Positions 12,333 through 25,264 of a stretch of 64,000 nt of DNA are shown piece by piece. Origin of the DNA: Octopus sinensis (taxonomy: Eukaryota); contig NC_042998.1 of the NCBI RefSeq assembly GCF_006345805.1, positions 129,332,001-129,396,000 of the forward strand, given 5' to 3'. Positions within the stretch are counted from its first letter, which is position 1; each line of letters starts with the position of its first letter. The translations under genes and the position numbers were made by a program. The notes under the pieces are model-generated. The model ran no database searches. It was not told where the DNA came from and worked only from the letters and a program-made list of their open reading frames with translations.

Positions 12333-13189
12333 TGTATATGTATGTATATACACATGTATATATACAATCACACACTCACACCCACACGCATATATATTTT
12401 CACACACACATATGTGTGTGTGTGTGTATGTGAAGCATGTGTAAACATGCATGGAAGAGTGCAATGCTAACCTATATAGGTTAATAGGTACGTGACCTCA
12501 TCGAACGATGTTTTGTCATAATTGGACGTTCCTTTTACAACGACCCGCAAACATCTACTAATTCCCCAGCATAGCAACGCGCCAATTTCCCATCCTCTCT
12601 CACACTATCGTTCCCCACTCTTCTTCTCCTTGAAGATATATTTTAACTTCAAAAGGAAAGTGTGGTGTGAGAATAGCGTATTTTCTCCTTTTCTTCTTGT
12701 TCTCCTTTCTTTTTCCGTGGCAGTCAGCTGTTATAGCCTGTATCCTTGTTACTCGCATCCTCGAAAATTAGCCTAATTCCCATTTAGTGGACATATCAGT
12801 CATCCCTCATAATATATAATATAATAATAATAATAATTATACTAATAATATAATATAATAATAATAATAGATAAAATAATAATAATGATAATAATAATAA
12901 TAATATAATAATAATAATAATAGAATAATAACGAATAATAATAATAATAATAATGGGAAGACGAAGAAGAAGAAGAAGAAGAAAAGGAAAAAGAAGAAAG
13001 AAGAAGAAGAAGAAGAAGAAGAAGAAGAAGAAGAAGAAGCAGAAGAAGAGGTAGGAGGAGCAGGAAAAAATTAAAAGAGTACAATCTTCTGATATTCCTC
13101 CTCCTCCTCTTCCTCCGCCGTCATCACCACCACAATCACCACCACCACTACCGCAACCACTACAACGCCAACGATAATAACAATGGTTT

Positions 13190-13632
13190 CAAGTTTTTAG
13201 CACACGGCTAGTAATTTCGGGGAAAGAAGCAAGTCGATAAAAATCGGTCTTAGCTCTCAACTGCTATTTACTTTATGGATCCCGATAGGATGAGAGGCAG
13301 AGACGATCTGGAGGGATTCTAAGTCACAACTTGAAGACGGACAAAATGCCGCTAAGCATTTTGCCTTGCGTGCTAACGATTCTGTCGGCTCGGCACCTTA
13401 ATTGTGAATAATAATAATCATTTCTACTATAGGCACAAAACCTAAAATTTTGGGGAGGGAGATACGCAATCACATCGACCTTCGTACTTGACTGCTTCTT
13501 AATTTATCGACTCCGAGAGGATGAAAGGTAAAGACGACCTCAGTGGAATTTGATCTCAGAATCTGAAGACTGACGAAATACCGCTAAATATTTTGCCCGA
13601 CGTGCTAATGATTCTACCAGCTCGGCGCCTTA
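13190..13632 (-). mobile_element. Two adjacent full-head copies of tRNA-derived SINE family A
   Basis: Units at about 13190-13400 and 13421-13632. Each has an AAGG(C/T)G(G/C)CGAGC...AGAATC head, a B-box-like GAGTTCAAATTCC variant, and an (AAT)n flank. Confidence 0.85.
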
Positions 13633-13689
13633 ATGACTTACGGAGTTAAGCCATTATTATTATTAGTATTAGTATTAGTAGTAGTAGTG

Positions 13690-13738
<49 letters not shown>

Positions 13739-13929
13739 AAGTAGTAGTTGTAGTAGTAGTATTGTTTTTGCTTGATTTTGTGAGAGCGGATAGCAACCTA
13801 TTGTCAGAGGTCTCACAGGGTCTCTTTTTGCACATTACAAGCTTAATGCGGTTAATTATCATGGGAAGACATTCAGCATCCACGTACCAATCTCAAAATC
13901 CTAGCAGTTCCCAGCAGAGCATTTTTTAA

Positions 13930-14420
13930 TGATTTTCTCTCATGTCAATTCTGGTTTTTCAGACATATTTATCGAACTTGGTTGTTAGTACCTAGTAGAC
14001 TACATTCTTGCAATTTCGTCTCTTAGTAGTCTGTACTTTTCAATCTTTTCTTGTCCATTGCAACTTATTCCTTGTTCTCGGTAACTCCTTCTGGTTGACA
14101 TTTGTACCATTTCTGTGCTCTGTATAGGCCGTACTTTTCATATAGCCACAGTGGACCAACTTAGCCACGTTTTTCTGCCTCCTTTTGTAGTGCTTATGGA
14201 CCAACATGCTGCACAAAATATGCGAGATTGTTTCGTTTCTGCTGCCACACATCCTACAAAGCAGCGATTCATTGCTCTTATCTACTTAGAACTTGCTGTA
14301 CTTAATTCACAGAGCTTCCTGGGCGATGCATATCAATGCCTCAATGCATCCTTTCAGATCACTTTTTCTTAGCCATCTCCAGGTCTTGTCTTTTCCCTCA
14401 ATTTCTCTGAGGTATTGCCC
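13930..14420 (-). mobile_element. Dong/R4-like LINE fragment (CCHC knuckle region)
   Basis: WRWLRKSDLKGCIEALICIAQEAL ... MCGSRNETISHIL...YKRRQKNVAKLVH, decayed. Confidence 0.8.
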
Positions 14421-14541
14421 ATGCAGTGATTTTATTTTCCAATTGCTTATTCTTTCTTCTTAATTAATTAATTATGATAATAACAGTAATAATAATTTAT
14501 TCAATAAACAATGTAGAATAAAGAATAAATTATTATTATTG

Positions 14542-14580
<39 letters not shown>

Positions 14581-15174
14581 TATTATTATTGTTGTTGTTG
14601 TTGTTGTTGTCGACGTCGTTGTTGTTGTTGTGAGGCAAAGTCGACCTCAGCAAAAAGTTCTGAGTTCAAGTTCTGCTGAGGTCGGATTACCAAGGTATGA
14701 AACATCATCATCATCACACTACCGGCGCTGCTTCTGCTGGTGATGGTGATGATGATGATAATGACGATCATTATCATCTCCAATTAAATCATCAACAGCA
14801 ATAAAATAGCTCCTAGAACAACAACAGCGACAGAACCGAAAAACTGAACAAAAGATTCACCGGGATTCCGTACTGAACTTTGTTAAACTCAGCATTTGGT
14901 AGGCAATAGTTCCTTCCTGTAAAATACAAAACCCAAGTGTTCAATGCTACTTTGATGACCCTGCAAGTTTACGGATATATCACTACAAGAGCAAGTACCA
15001 ATACGTTTAATATAAACAGAGTATGTGCCAACCATTACCAAACTACCGTCAAACATCACCACCGTATCAGACCGTGAGAATTTCAAAATGGTGCCTTCAC
15101 TAGAAATAGCAACCAGAACCCCCATGTAGAACGTTACACGGACTGAAAGTAGTATCACCACAATTACAAGAATC

Positions 15175-15208
<34 letters not shown>

Positions 15209-15266
15209 ATATATATATAGGCTATATATATATATATATATATCCCATATACCTATATACATATAT

Positions 15267-15348
<82 letters not shown>

Positions 15349-15444
15349 ATACATATATATACATATATATATATATACATATAGACTATATATCCATGCA
15401 TATATATATTTATATATATTACATATTATACTTATGCATGTGAG

Positions 15445-15475
<31 letters not shown>

Positions 15476-15487
15476 CTCTATCTATCC

Positions 15488-15604
<117 letters not shown>

Positions 15605-15608
15605 TCTA

Positions 15609-15646
<38 letters not shown>

Positions 15647-16248
15647 ACCATTTATCTATCTAGTTGTATGCAGTACTCTTTCTGGTGTAATTCAAGTTCT
15701 TACGATTCACAAAGTTTTCATAACTTGTCGGTGATAAAAGGTGAAGCGTTAATTTGTGGTGCATTGGTGGAAACACCAGCAGAATGTACGTGAAATACTA
15801 TAAGATGTGTAAATCACCACAAAAGGCGAGAACATTGCTGCAACTATATAATAGAATCTATTAAGATTTAATGCTGATATTTTGGTGGGTGATAACATGT
15901 TCTCTTGGCCCCATAGAAGACTAAGTATACTAACATTTTCGAAATACGGAAAGAATAATCGATATATTCTTTACTATAAGGCGTTAAATGTTTCCATTAA
16001 CTCCCTTTGATGTCACCTTTTAACGCATGAATTAAGGATATTAACAGAAGAGAGGATCTATAGATAAATATGTACATACATATATACATATATAAATACA
16101 TACATATGTATGTATATGTGTGTATGTATGTACACCCACACATACATACCTACATACATACATATATATATATATATACACACACATATATATATATACA
16201 TACCTATATATATACATACATACATACATATATACATACATACATACA

Positions 16249-16327
<79 letters not shown>

Positions 16328-16935
16328 TATATATATACATACATATATGTGGTCAACAATGTAGGAAAGTGTATATTTGTTAAACGGTCCATATGCGTCC
16401 TGAGACGAGAATTACCGTTGTTCTGATGAGGTCAAACCGAGGCTGGAAACCACTCTAAGTTGCCCATCGTCGCCGAAGTTTGTGGTATCGACAATAGAAT
16501 ATGGCATTCCTATATTTCCAAGCATGTTACTTCAACCGAAACATTCATAATTTTTTGAAATTATCTACTTAACTCATTCAGGATTCTAACAATTATCTGT
16601 AGGTTGTGTCATTTCTTTCCACAAAAGGAATTTGAAAGAAATAAGAATTTATGATGTATGTTAATCAGTATACCCTACATTCAATATGTAGTCCAGTGTT
16701 TTGCATGGCACAGTTCAGTACTTTCTTTTCGATATAATTTTCAAAACAACGCTTCCTATGAAAGTAAACACATCGTTTCATTGTTGAATGTTCAGCCTTT
16801 GTTTGGATTCAGGCTTATGAAGAAAAAAATAGAAAGCAAAAATACATATCTAGCAGTAAATGTAATCAATCGCATTTTAATCCACATTCAAGGAATCTCT
16901 GTCTTGTACAATACTCACTATATACATATACATAC

Positions 16936-16966
<31 letters not shown>

Positions 16967-16978
16967 AATATATAATAC

Positions 16979-17029
<51 letters not shown>

Positions 17030-17114
17030 TATATATAATATCTAATATATGTTATTATATATATATATATGTGTATATATATATATATATAATATATATA
17101 TGTATATATATTAT

Positions 17115-18240
17115 TGGTAAAAACGGTAAGATAACAAAAGAAAGAAAGAGACCTCAATATTATGTAAATAGAGGAAATTTATCTATAAAATAATATGTTA
17201 CATTACTCAATAGTCAAGATAAAACTCTGAGTTTCAGATGCCGAAGTGGAAATCCACAACACCATCTCTTCGGTTATCTGGCCATCTGAAAAACGCTATG
17301 AAAAAATACCGTTATATAAAGGGAAATTACTGTATTATAATTCTGCTCGCGAACCCACGTGCGTACTTATACGTCACTATGAAAACGTACACATCTTCAC
17401 TCGCATTTTTCGCCAAATATATACGCATATATATACAACCTCATACACACACACATGCGTACCGTAAAAGTTCATACATATGTCTATATACGCACAAACA
17501 CAAGAAAAACCATGGTTAAAGATAACAGAAAAAAAACACATAAGGCAGTATACAAAGCATAAAAAACCCCGTACATATACGAATAAGCCCCTATGCACTC
17601 ATACACACACACACCCATATATGTACATACCCGCACATATTTATATACGCATACCTACACACGCATATACAAAAATTGAATATACATATGTCCCCCCCCC
17701 AAAAAAAAATTTTGAAAAATACTAAGTAAAAACGTCTATATATATGTGTGCATTCTTATGCCCGCACACACGCACACATCTAAAACTGCCCACTCATACA
17801 TATTCACACACGTGTACAAATGAATCTATATACACATCTATATAGGCACAGGGAAAAATGCAGGATAGAAAAGTACAGAAAAAATTATTATGTGTGAAAA
17901 TATAAAAATATATGAAATAATAAAAGGTATAATGAGATAAAAAACTTTTTGGGACATAACACAGAAAGCATGTTCTATCTGTTTTCTTTAGGGTACCAAA
18001 AACGTAACAAAAATTTAGTCAAATATGGGCATGATCCGAACAGTTCTGTCCTTGAGTTTAGACATGTAGTAGGGTCTAAGCTGCTTTTCCAGCCATCTCT
18101 CCATGTCGCATAGACCGCACCTTCCACTGCCGTTGGTATAGGGCTTACATTTGGCCAAAAACTTCCAATGTATGTTATAATCGACACCTTTATCTTTTAA
18201 AGACCAAATATGATTAGATAATTTGTCGCTTGAGTAATGT
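17115..18240 (-). mobile_element. Penelope-like element 3' portion: GIY-YIG endonuclease C-terminus plus 3' non-coding region
   Basis: 18015-18245 translates LSNHIWSLKDKGVDYNIHWKFLAKCKPYTNGSGRCGLC, the PLE LSxHIWxLK...W...CxLC signature. The downstream region matches the 19.8-20.4 kb arms. Confidence 0.85.
17217..17279 (-). ncRNA. Type I hammerhead-like motif in the PLE 3' region
   Basis: AGAUAA CCGAAGA GAUG[...GUGGA-UU-UCCAC...]CAUC U GAAA CU CAG AGU U UUAUCU. 6-bp stem I, U4C core, and one extra nt before G12. Confidence 0.55.
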
Positions 18241-18247
18241 AACATAT

Positions 18248-18297
<50 letters not shown>

Positions 18298-19561
18298 TAA
18301 TGGTGTCATTGAGACCCAAAGATGTCTGGTAATGCTGAATAAGTGCTATAGTCAGACCATAGTTAAGTTTCAGATTCAGTAATATTGCGAATAAAGGGTT
18401 CAAACTTGGTTCTATGTCAGCGTGTGTATATAAGAATTTTTTGCATAATAACTTAAAAAAACAAGGGTATATAAATATTAGACCATTTATAGATAGATGG
18501 TCTTACGGCTGTTTCTAGGATATTTATTAATAATATCCCTCCATCGGGATATATAGAGTCACTGCGAGGATATATTAACCTCTTAAAGGGAAGATTTCAT
18601 CCAAGTCACACTACCTTATATTGTTGTAAAATATCTTTTCATTGTAAATAGGTATATTATAAACATTGAATATTATAAAGTAGAAAAATGGAGAGTTTAA
18701 ATGGATATAAATCAATTTATTAGCATATTGTTAATTAAGCCTACAATTGTTTCAATTTACGCTCATTGCAAATTAAAAAGCTATAGAATAAATTAAGTTT
18801 GCATTTTGAAGATTGTGAGTAAAATATCATCTGAGCCAATGGATATTAAAGAAACTACATGTTGATCAATTGAGATTCTCCAACAGACTCTGCTTATCTA
18901 TTCTATAAGTATGTAATTTATATTGAATGTAAATTGAAACAATATGTTAATAAATTGATTTATATCCATTTAAACTCTCCGTTGTCTTACTTTGTAATAT
19001 GGTTGAAGTTAGCATTAAGGACACTTTTCTTCCTTTGGATGGAAGGATAGTTTTTGGAATTGGCTGCATTTCCAGTTGCATATCCAACGTGTCCCTTGGT
19101 TTTAATTTGAAGATAATATAACCTGCTATCTTCAAGGCATAGTCATTCACCGTTAGCTGTGTTTAAACTTACAACCTAACGGTAGATGAAATACCAAGAG
19201 GTATTCCACGCAGTGCGGTACTTCTCTGCCAGCTAGACACTGTTATACAAACACTAACATTCTAGTATTTATAATAACATTCACGTTTTCGCTCTCGTTG
19301 AATATAATTTAAAGGCAAGAAGTATATATGTAAAAAGACAAAATTTCAGGAGGAAAAACATATTTCTAATAAAAGCACGAAGCTACAGCTTCAAGGGAGA
19401 TCTCATTTGATCAATGATAGAACTTGAGGTACTTTTTTATTATTGTACACGTAAAGAAGAAAAATGGTTTCTGCCATAGGTACACGGTGGCACATTCTAA
19501 GGGAGTTTACAGTTGTAATGATAGACTACACTGCTTGATTGGTGTTTATCTTAATATCTTT

Positions 19562-19762
19562 TACCTTTTGCTTGTTTCAGTCTTTAGATTGCGGCCATGC
19601 TAGGACTCCGCGTTGAATTTCTAGTCGAATGAATCAACCCCTGTACTTACTTTGTTTTAAAGCCTGGTACTTATTCTAGCGTTTTCTTTTGCCGAACCGC
19701 TAATTTCCGGTGACGTAAACCCACCAACATCAGTTGTCAAGCAGTGGTGGCAGACAAACACA
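19562..19762 (-). mobile_element. 3' part of SINE family B
   Basis: Reverse complement of the family B tail (cggttcggcaaaag...agaataagtacc...gcatggccgca...gactgaaacaag). Confidence 0.75.
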
Positions 19763-19786
19763 TTGATATATATATATATATATATA

Positions 19787-20362
19787 TGTAAATATAATAT
19801 GTGACAATTATTCGGTAGCCATGATAAAACTCCGAGTTTCGGATGTCGGAGCGGAAACCCGCGCCGGCATCTCTCCCGTTATAGGCCATCGAAAAAAGTG
19901 CTATGAAAATAACCGTTAAAACAAAGGGAAATTACTGTGTGATTGACCGTTATTAAGACAAAAGAGCTATTAGAATGACGGCTAAGTAAGGGGAAGGAGT
20001 AAAGGTAAGAGAGTAAAAATGTTCATAGTAATCGCGTAAGCGCGCATGGCCATACATACACATGCACGCCAGCACATCCACGTACATGCGCCGATGTGTA
20101 TATACTCATCCACCCTCACTTGTATATATGCATATATTTTTTGGCGAATGCGAGCTCCCCTTACTTAGCGGTCATTCTAATAGCTCTTTTGTCTTAATAA
20201 CGGTCAATCACACAGTAATTTCTCTTTGTTTTAACGGACATTTTCATAGCATTTTTTCGATGGCCCGATAACTGAAGAGATGCCGGCGTGGATTTCCGCC
20301 CCGACATCTGAAACTCGGAGTTTTATCATAGCTACCGAATAATTGTCACATATATATTTACA
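19787..20362. repeat. Fold-back made of two inverted PLE 3'-end copies
   Basis: Arms 19787-19994 and 20156-20362 are reverse complements with a 161-bp spacer. The right copy continues to about 20430. Confidence 0.92.
20267..20327 (+). ncRNA. Type I hammerhead-like motif (right arm of the fold-back)
   Basis: GAUAA CUGAAGA GAUG[...]CAUC U GAAA CU CGG AGU U UUAUC. Canonical CUGANGA core, 5-bp stem I, and an extra nt before G12. Confidence 0.6.
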
Positions 20363-20480
20363 GATAAATTCATTATTTACATAATATCCCGGTCTCTTTC
20401 ATTATTTTGTTGTCTTGCCATTTCTATCAATATATATACATACATACAAATATACATACATACATACATACATACATACA

Positions 20481-20511
<31 letters not shown>

Positions 20512-20532
20512 TATATATATATATATATATAT

Positions 20533-20572
<40 letters not shown>

Positions 20573-20590
20573 GTATATATATATATAATA

Positions 20591-20626
<36 letters not shown>

Positions 20627-20639
20627 TGTATATATATAT

Positions 20640-20730
20640 ACGATTCGTTTCCGCTTGCCCAAAGTGCCACGCAGCAGAACTGAACCCAGAACCACGCCTT
20701 GGAAGCAGTCTTCTTACCACACAGCCACAT
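20640..20730 (-). mobile_element. Head of SINE family B
   Basis: Reverse complement of GTGGCTGTGTGGTAAGAAG...GGTTCTGGGTTCAGTTC...GGCACTTTGGGCAAG. Confidence 0.75.
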
Positions 20731-21568
20731 CTGTTCCTATACTGTGCCTATATGATGATGATTATAAAGCACAGTATATAAATATAGGCAACGTTATCAA
20801 CAACATATTGTGCATCAGTAAGAAACCCGTCTGTATGTTAACTATATGTCGCCATATATCGTCAAAATGGCTGCAGCATGAAGTACAATTAAAGCTAATT
20901 CTTAGCTAATGTTGATAATGTAAAACAATGAGAATAATTTAACATACAATACACTTTTCCGCCGCAGTCAAATTATCTAGAGGAATTCTGTAATTATAAT
21001 TCAGGAAGGAAATAAAGTGACAAAACAATACAAAAAAACAAACAAACAAAAAAAAACAGTCCAACATGCAAAACAAATATAGATGATATACATACAAATT
21101 TCATAACGCAATGAAAACATACCTCCACATTGACGATAAAAGAAAACAGCAATAAGCACCAGTTAAGTTGTTATGCAAAGTTAAAAATACATGAAATTAA
21201 AATTCAGTATAAGTGTGCGTGTATGTATACATGTACATATACGTATATACATACATACATTTAGATATACCTACATATACATATCTATGCACACATACAT
21301 ATATACATATGTTAATATAATGTGTGTGTGTGCGCGAGTGTGTGTGCAGGTGTGTGTGTGTATGTATGTATAACGTAGTATGAATGAGAATGATAAATTT
21401 GAAATGGTGGAAGTCTTTAACTGTGAGTGGAATTAATGAGAATGTAAACAATCTAGAGCCAGACATCCTACGTTTCGAAAAACGTGGTTAAAATTCGGAG
21501 TGCGTCTCCACTGAATTATGTTAAACAAGCTAAGAAGCAGGTATACAGTGTCTCCCTCACTCGTAACA

Positions 21569-21639
<71 letters not shown>

Positions 21640-21842
21640 AAGGTTGTTTTATTTATATATTTTAAATTAATATATATTATAACTTCGCTGAGAAAAGTAA
21701 ACAAGTTTGTTACACTACATCTGACTGGTTTCTTGTCTTCTTGTCCTTTCGTCAGAGAAATATATTAACTCTCTATCGCTAAAAACAGGAACATCGTCAT
21801 ATTTTTTCCTTTTGCTGTCGACAAAGATATAAGACATAAATA

Positions 21843-22720
21843 TAGGCTGTTTCAAAATATTTGATATAATTTGAGATGTAAATATCACAGAAATTTACTG
21901 AGTCAAAGCAAATTAAACTAAATAGGCTTAATGTTGAGCAACATAAGATTTATTCCTCCAAATATGAATGAGAAATTCAAAGGTATGTGAATTCCATGAA
22001 CGATTTCACAAATGCTCGATATGCCTGAGACATATCACACGTCATGTCAGTAGTCCACCTCCTCCCAAACACGCCGCAGTATGTCTTGGGTAACAGTCTT
22101 CAATGCGGTAGTGATTCTCTGCTCGAGTTCCTCTAGGTTTGCAGGAAGAGTGGTAACAAAGACCAGGCCCTTCACATAGCCCCGTGTTTGCGCTTTCGCT
22201 TGTCATCTGCTGTTATGACCTAAACAAGCTGCAGCTTGTAGGGTTTCATTAGCAACCGTTTTCTCAGGACGCGCCAAACTGTCGTTGGAGGAATCTAGGT
22301 TCTCAGACTTGTTTTTCTCATGGACTTTTAGAGGCTTCGCAAGAGTTTTTGGCGAACCTGCGCGACCGTCTCTTCCGATGTTAGTGGTCGACCAGATCCT
22401 TTTGCCCTGCACAGACAGCCTTCCTCTTTGAATTGTTTTATGCCATGTCCAAATCTGCATTGCCGTTGGCATCTTTTTAGGGAACTCTCACAAATGCACA
22501 CTGCAGTCTTGTTCGACTGTGTTCGAGCATACTCTAACACACTAAACGCCTTTTCTCTTCCACTAAATGCCATTTCTATACCTGAAAAGATAAACACATC
22601 AAACATTAAACATAAAAGTTTGACCTGTTTCTACATATGCTGTTAAAATTTGAAGTCATTTGAACTAGAACTGGCAAAGTTATCAGATTGCAAAATAATA
22701 TCAAATTTTTTGAAACACTC
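21843..22720 (-). mobile_element. Internally deleted Tc1/mariner-superfamily element with both TIRs
   Basis: TIRs TAGGCTGTTTCAAAATATTTGATAT and ATATCAAATTTTTTGAAACACTC, TA flanks. N-terminus MAFSGREKAFSVLEYARTQS...KGSGRP and C-terminus GYVKGLVF...ELEQRITTAL...LRRVWEE are present, the catalytic core is missing. Confidence 0.85.
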
Positions 22721-22740
22721 TATACTTTGTTTATGTTTTA

Positions 22741-22822
22741 CAGGCGTGGCTGTGTGTTAAAAAGCGAGATTCTTAACCATAGTGTTCTAGATTCAGTCCC
22801 ACTACGTGGAACCTTGGCTGAT
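22741..22822 (+). mobile_element. Truncated head of SINE family B
   Basis: CAGGCGTGGCTGTGTGTTAAAAAGC...AGATTCAGTCCCACTACGTGGAACCTTGG. Confidence 0.75.
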
Positions 22823-23397
22823 ATATCTTAATTTTACTGGTTTCAGTTATTCTCAGCAGGCTATGCAACTGCACAACTCTTAAATACTATTCTATATTTC
22901 TAAGATGAGACGTTTATGTTATGTATACTGTTATTTTAAACGGGCTGGTGTCCTCATCTTGATTGCTGCTTTCGCCACGTTTCCGCTGTTGTTCGCTCGA
23001 TCCTTCTTCAGATGCTTAATAGATAAAGACGTAGGTTAATGCAGTGCCGTTACCTAGAGATTCTGAGTTAAATTCCAGGCAAAGCACTAAGATAAATCCT
23101 CAAAATCAACTGAAGCAAAATAAATGAATAAATAAAAAAAAATAAGTAAAAGTCACGAAACGCATAGAGTGGAATGAGTGTACCTCCCTGGATCAAATAA
23201 AGGGTTACGTTCAGAGTTCTGGTATAACAATCGAGTTCAACACAAAACACTTGAAGAAAGCTGGAGAATATAACAACTGAAACATAGCGAAAGTAACAGT
23301 CAAGCTGAGGACACTAGTCAGATTAATATAAACAGTATACATAACCCTTCAATGATAAAATTCGATTACATTGACCCCAATATTTTACTGGTGCCTA

Positions 23398-23609
23398 TAT
23401 TGTCGGCCAAGGTTCCATGTAGTGGGACTGAATCTGGAACACTATTATTGAGAATCTCGCTTTTTAACACACAGCCACGCCTGTAAAACAAACAAAGTAC
23501 AGGGTGTTTCAAAAAATTTGATATTTCGTAATGTAATAACTTTGCCAGTTCTAGTTCAAATGACTTCAAGTTTTAACAGAATGTGTAGAAACAAGTCAAA
23601 ATTTTCTGT
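23398..23609 (-). repeat. Inverted copy of 22609-22822 flanked by a 27-bp direct repeat
   Basis: Reverse complement aligns across the transposon TIR, the TA, a short flank and the SINE head. Flanks are ttgaccccaatattttactggtgccta (23371-23397) and ttgaccccagtattttactggtaccta (23610-23636). Confidence 0.88.
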
Positions 23610-24326
23610 TTGACCCCAGTATTTTACTGGTACCTACCTTAATGTGGATAAGAACCAAATCAATTTGGTTGGGATTTGAAATTCGTATGTAGACGGTCGT
23701 GACTAAATAAAATAAAGTAGTGACGCATTAACGATTATATGAATTCAGTGCCATAAGGAAAGAAAAACGATGTGGCATATAACAAGTATCATTTGGTTGC
23801 CAAGTGATTCTATTATCGATTATAGTACAGCGTGTCGATATGAATAGAATAATTATACGAATATAATGTTTGAATATATATGAATATAATGAGATGAATA
23901 TAATTATTGTATTGCGTCAGTAGTAACGCCGCTATTCAGCCAGGAAAGTTTTATGTTGCTCGACTTCGTAGAAAAAGCGGCCAAATGTTGCTCAATTAGG
24001 ACACTTTAAAAATGAAGTACACATTGGCTAATGCAGTTTTTGATACGCAGCACGAGTGAAAATTGATATAAAAACGACTGTCACAGCTGGAATAAATTTG
24101 AGCATAGGTTCTCGTCGTCACCATCATCATCAATCATCATCGTCATCGTCATCGTCATTACCACCACCACAATCATCCCCTCAGTATACCAGCATCAAGA
24201 TTGTTGATCCTGATCAACACTTTTGCTTGTCAAATGTTACTCTACCTACCATCCGTACTATCATACGCACCGCTGCCGAAAGCCCACAAACTAGTGTGGG
24301 CTAGTGATGTATACTATTAAAACTAT

Positions 24327-24954
24327 AATCTTTTGTACTCTAGGAACAAGGCCAAAATTTTTTTTGGTGGGGGGGCAGTCGGTTACATCGACTCCAGTAT
24401 GCAACTGGTACTTAATTTATCGATCTCGAAACGATAAAAAGCAAAGTCGACCTCGGCAGAATTTGAACGCAGAACGTAAAGACTGCTAAGCTTTTCGCCC
24501 AGCGTGCTAACGTTTCTTACTTCTTTATTGCCCATAGAGGGGACAAACAAGGACAAATAAATGGGATTAAGTCGATTACATCGACCCCAGTGCGTAACCG
24601 GTACTTAATTTATCGACCCCGAAAGAATGAAAGGCAAAGTTGACCTCGGCGGAATTTGAACTCAAAACGTAAAGACAGACAAAATACCGCTAAGCATTTC
24701 GTCCGGCGTGCTAACGTTTCTGATTTATTTATTCCCCACAAGGGGCTAAACACAGAGGGGACAAACAAGGACAGACAAACGGATTACGTCGATTACATCG
24801 ACCCCCGTGCGTAACTGGTACTTAGTTTATCGATCCCGAAAGGATGAAAGGCAAAGCCGACCTCGGCTGAATTTGAACTCAGAACGTAAAGACAGACTTC
24901 ATGCTGCTAAGCATTTCGCCCGGCGAGCGAACGATTCTGCCAGCACACCGCCTT
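24327..24954 (-). mobile_element. Head-to-tail trimer of SINE family A
   Basis: One full head (ends 24954) and two units that both begin at GAAACGTTAGCACG (junctions 24720/1 and 24516/7). Confidence 0.88.
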
Positions 24955-25264
24955 ACTTACCTATAATCAACAGTATCAGTAGAATACATATATACCACCG
25001 CTATTGTCACCACAACATAAGCTAACACACCTACTAGTTACTATATCAAACACTGCAACAATACATCTGTAAAGCAACAACAACTGCGAACGCCTCCTCC
25101 ACTTTCCCCCACCTCCTCTTTTTAAGCAGTGACTGTAGTAATAGTGTTACAGCAACTGCCACAAGGAAAAAACAAAAACAGCAACAATTCAATCCTACTA
25201 TTAGTACTACTATTACAAGTAATGCCACCATTACAACAAGAAGTAATACTGCTACAACAAACAC

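Noticed and set aside
16416-16460. CTGATGAG...GGAAAC hammerhead-like words
   Set aside because: There is a G instead of a pyrimidine before GAAA and no stem I complementarity, so it cannot be folded.
18499-18547. Minus-strand HHR-like remnant (CCGAUGGA, 8-bp stem II, GAAAC-AGCC-GUA)
   Set aside because: The core is damaged and stem I does not pair. It is possibly a decayed PLE ribozyme but is not supportable as a feature.
22960-23020. Minus-strand CTGAAGAAG...GGAAACGTG
   Set aside because: No stem II, a GUG triplet (not NUH), and no stem I.
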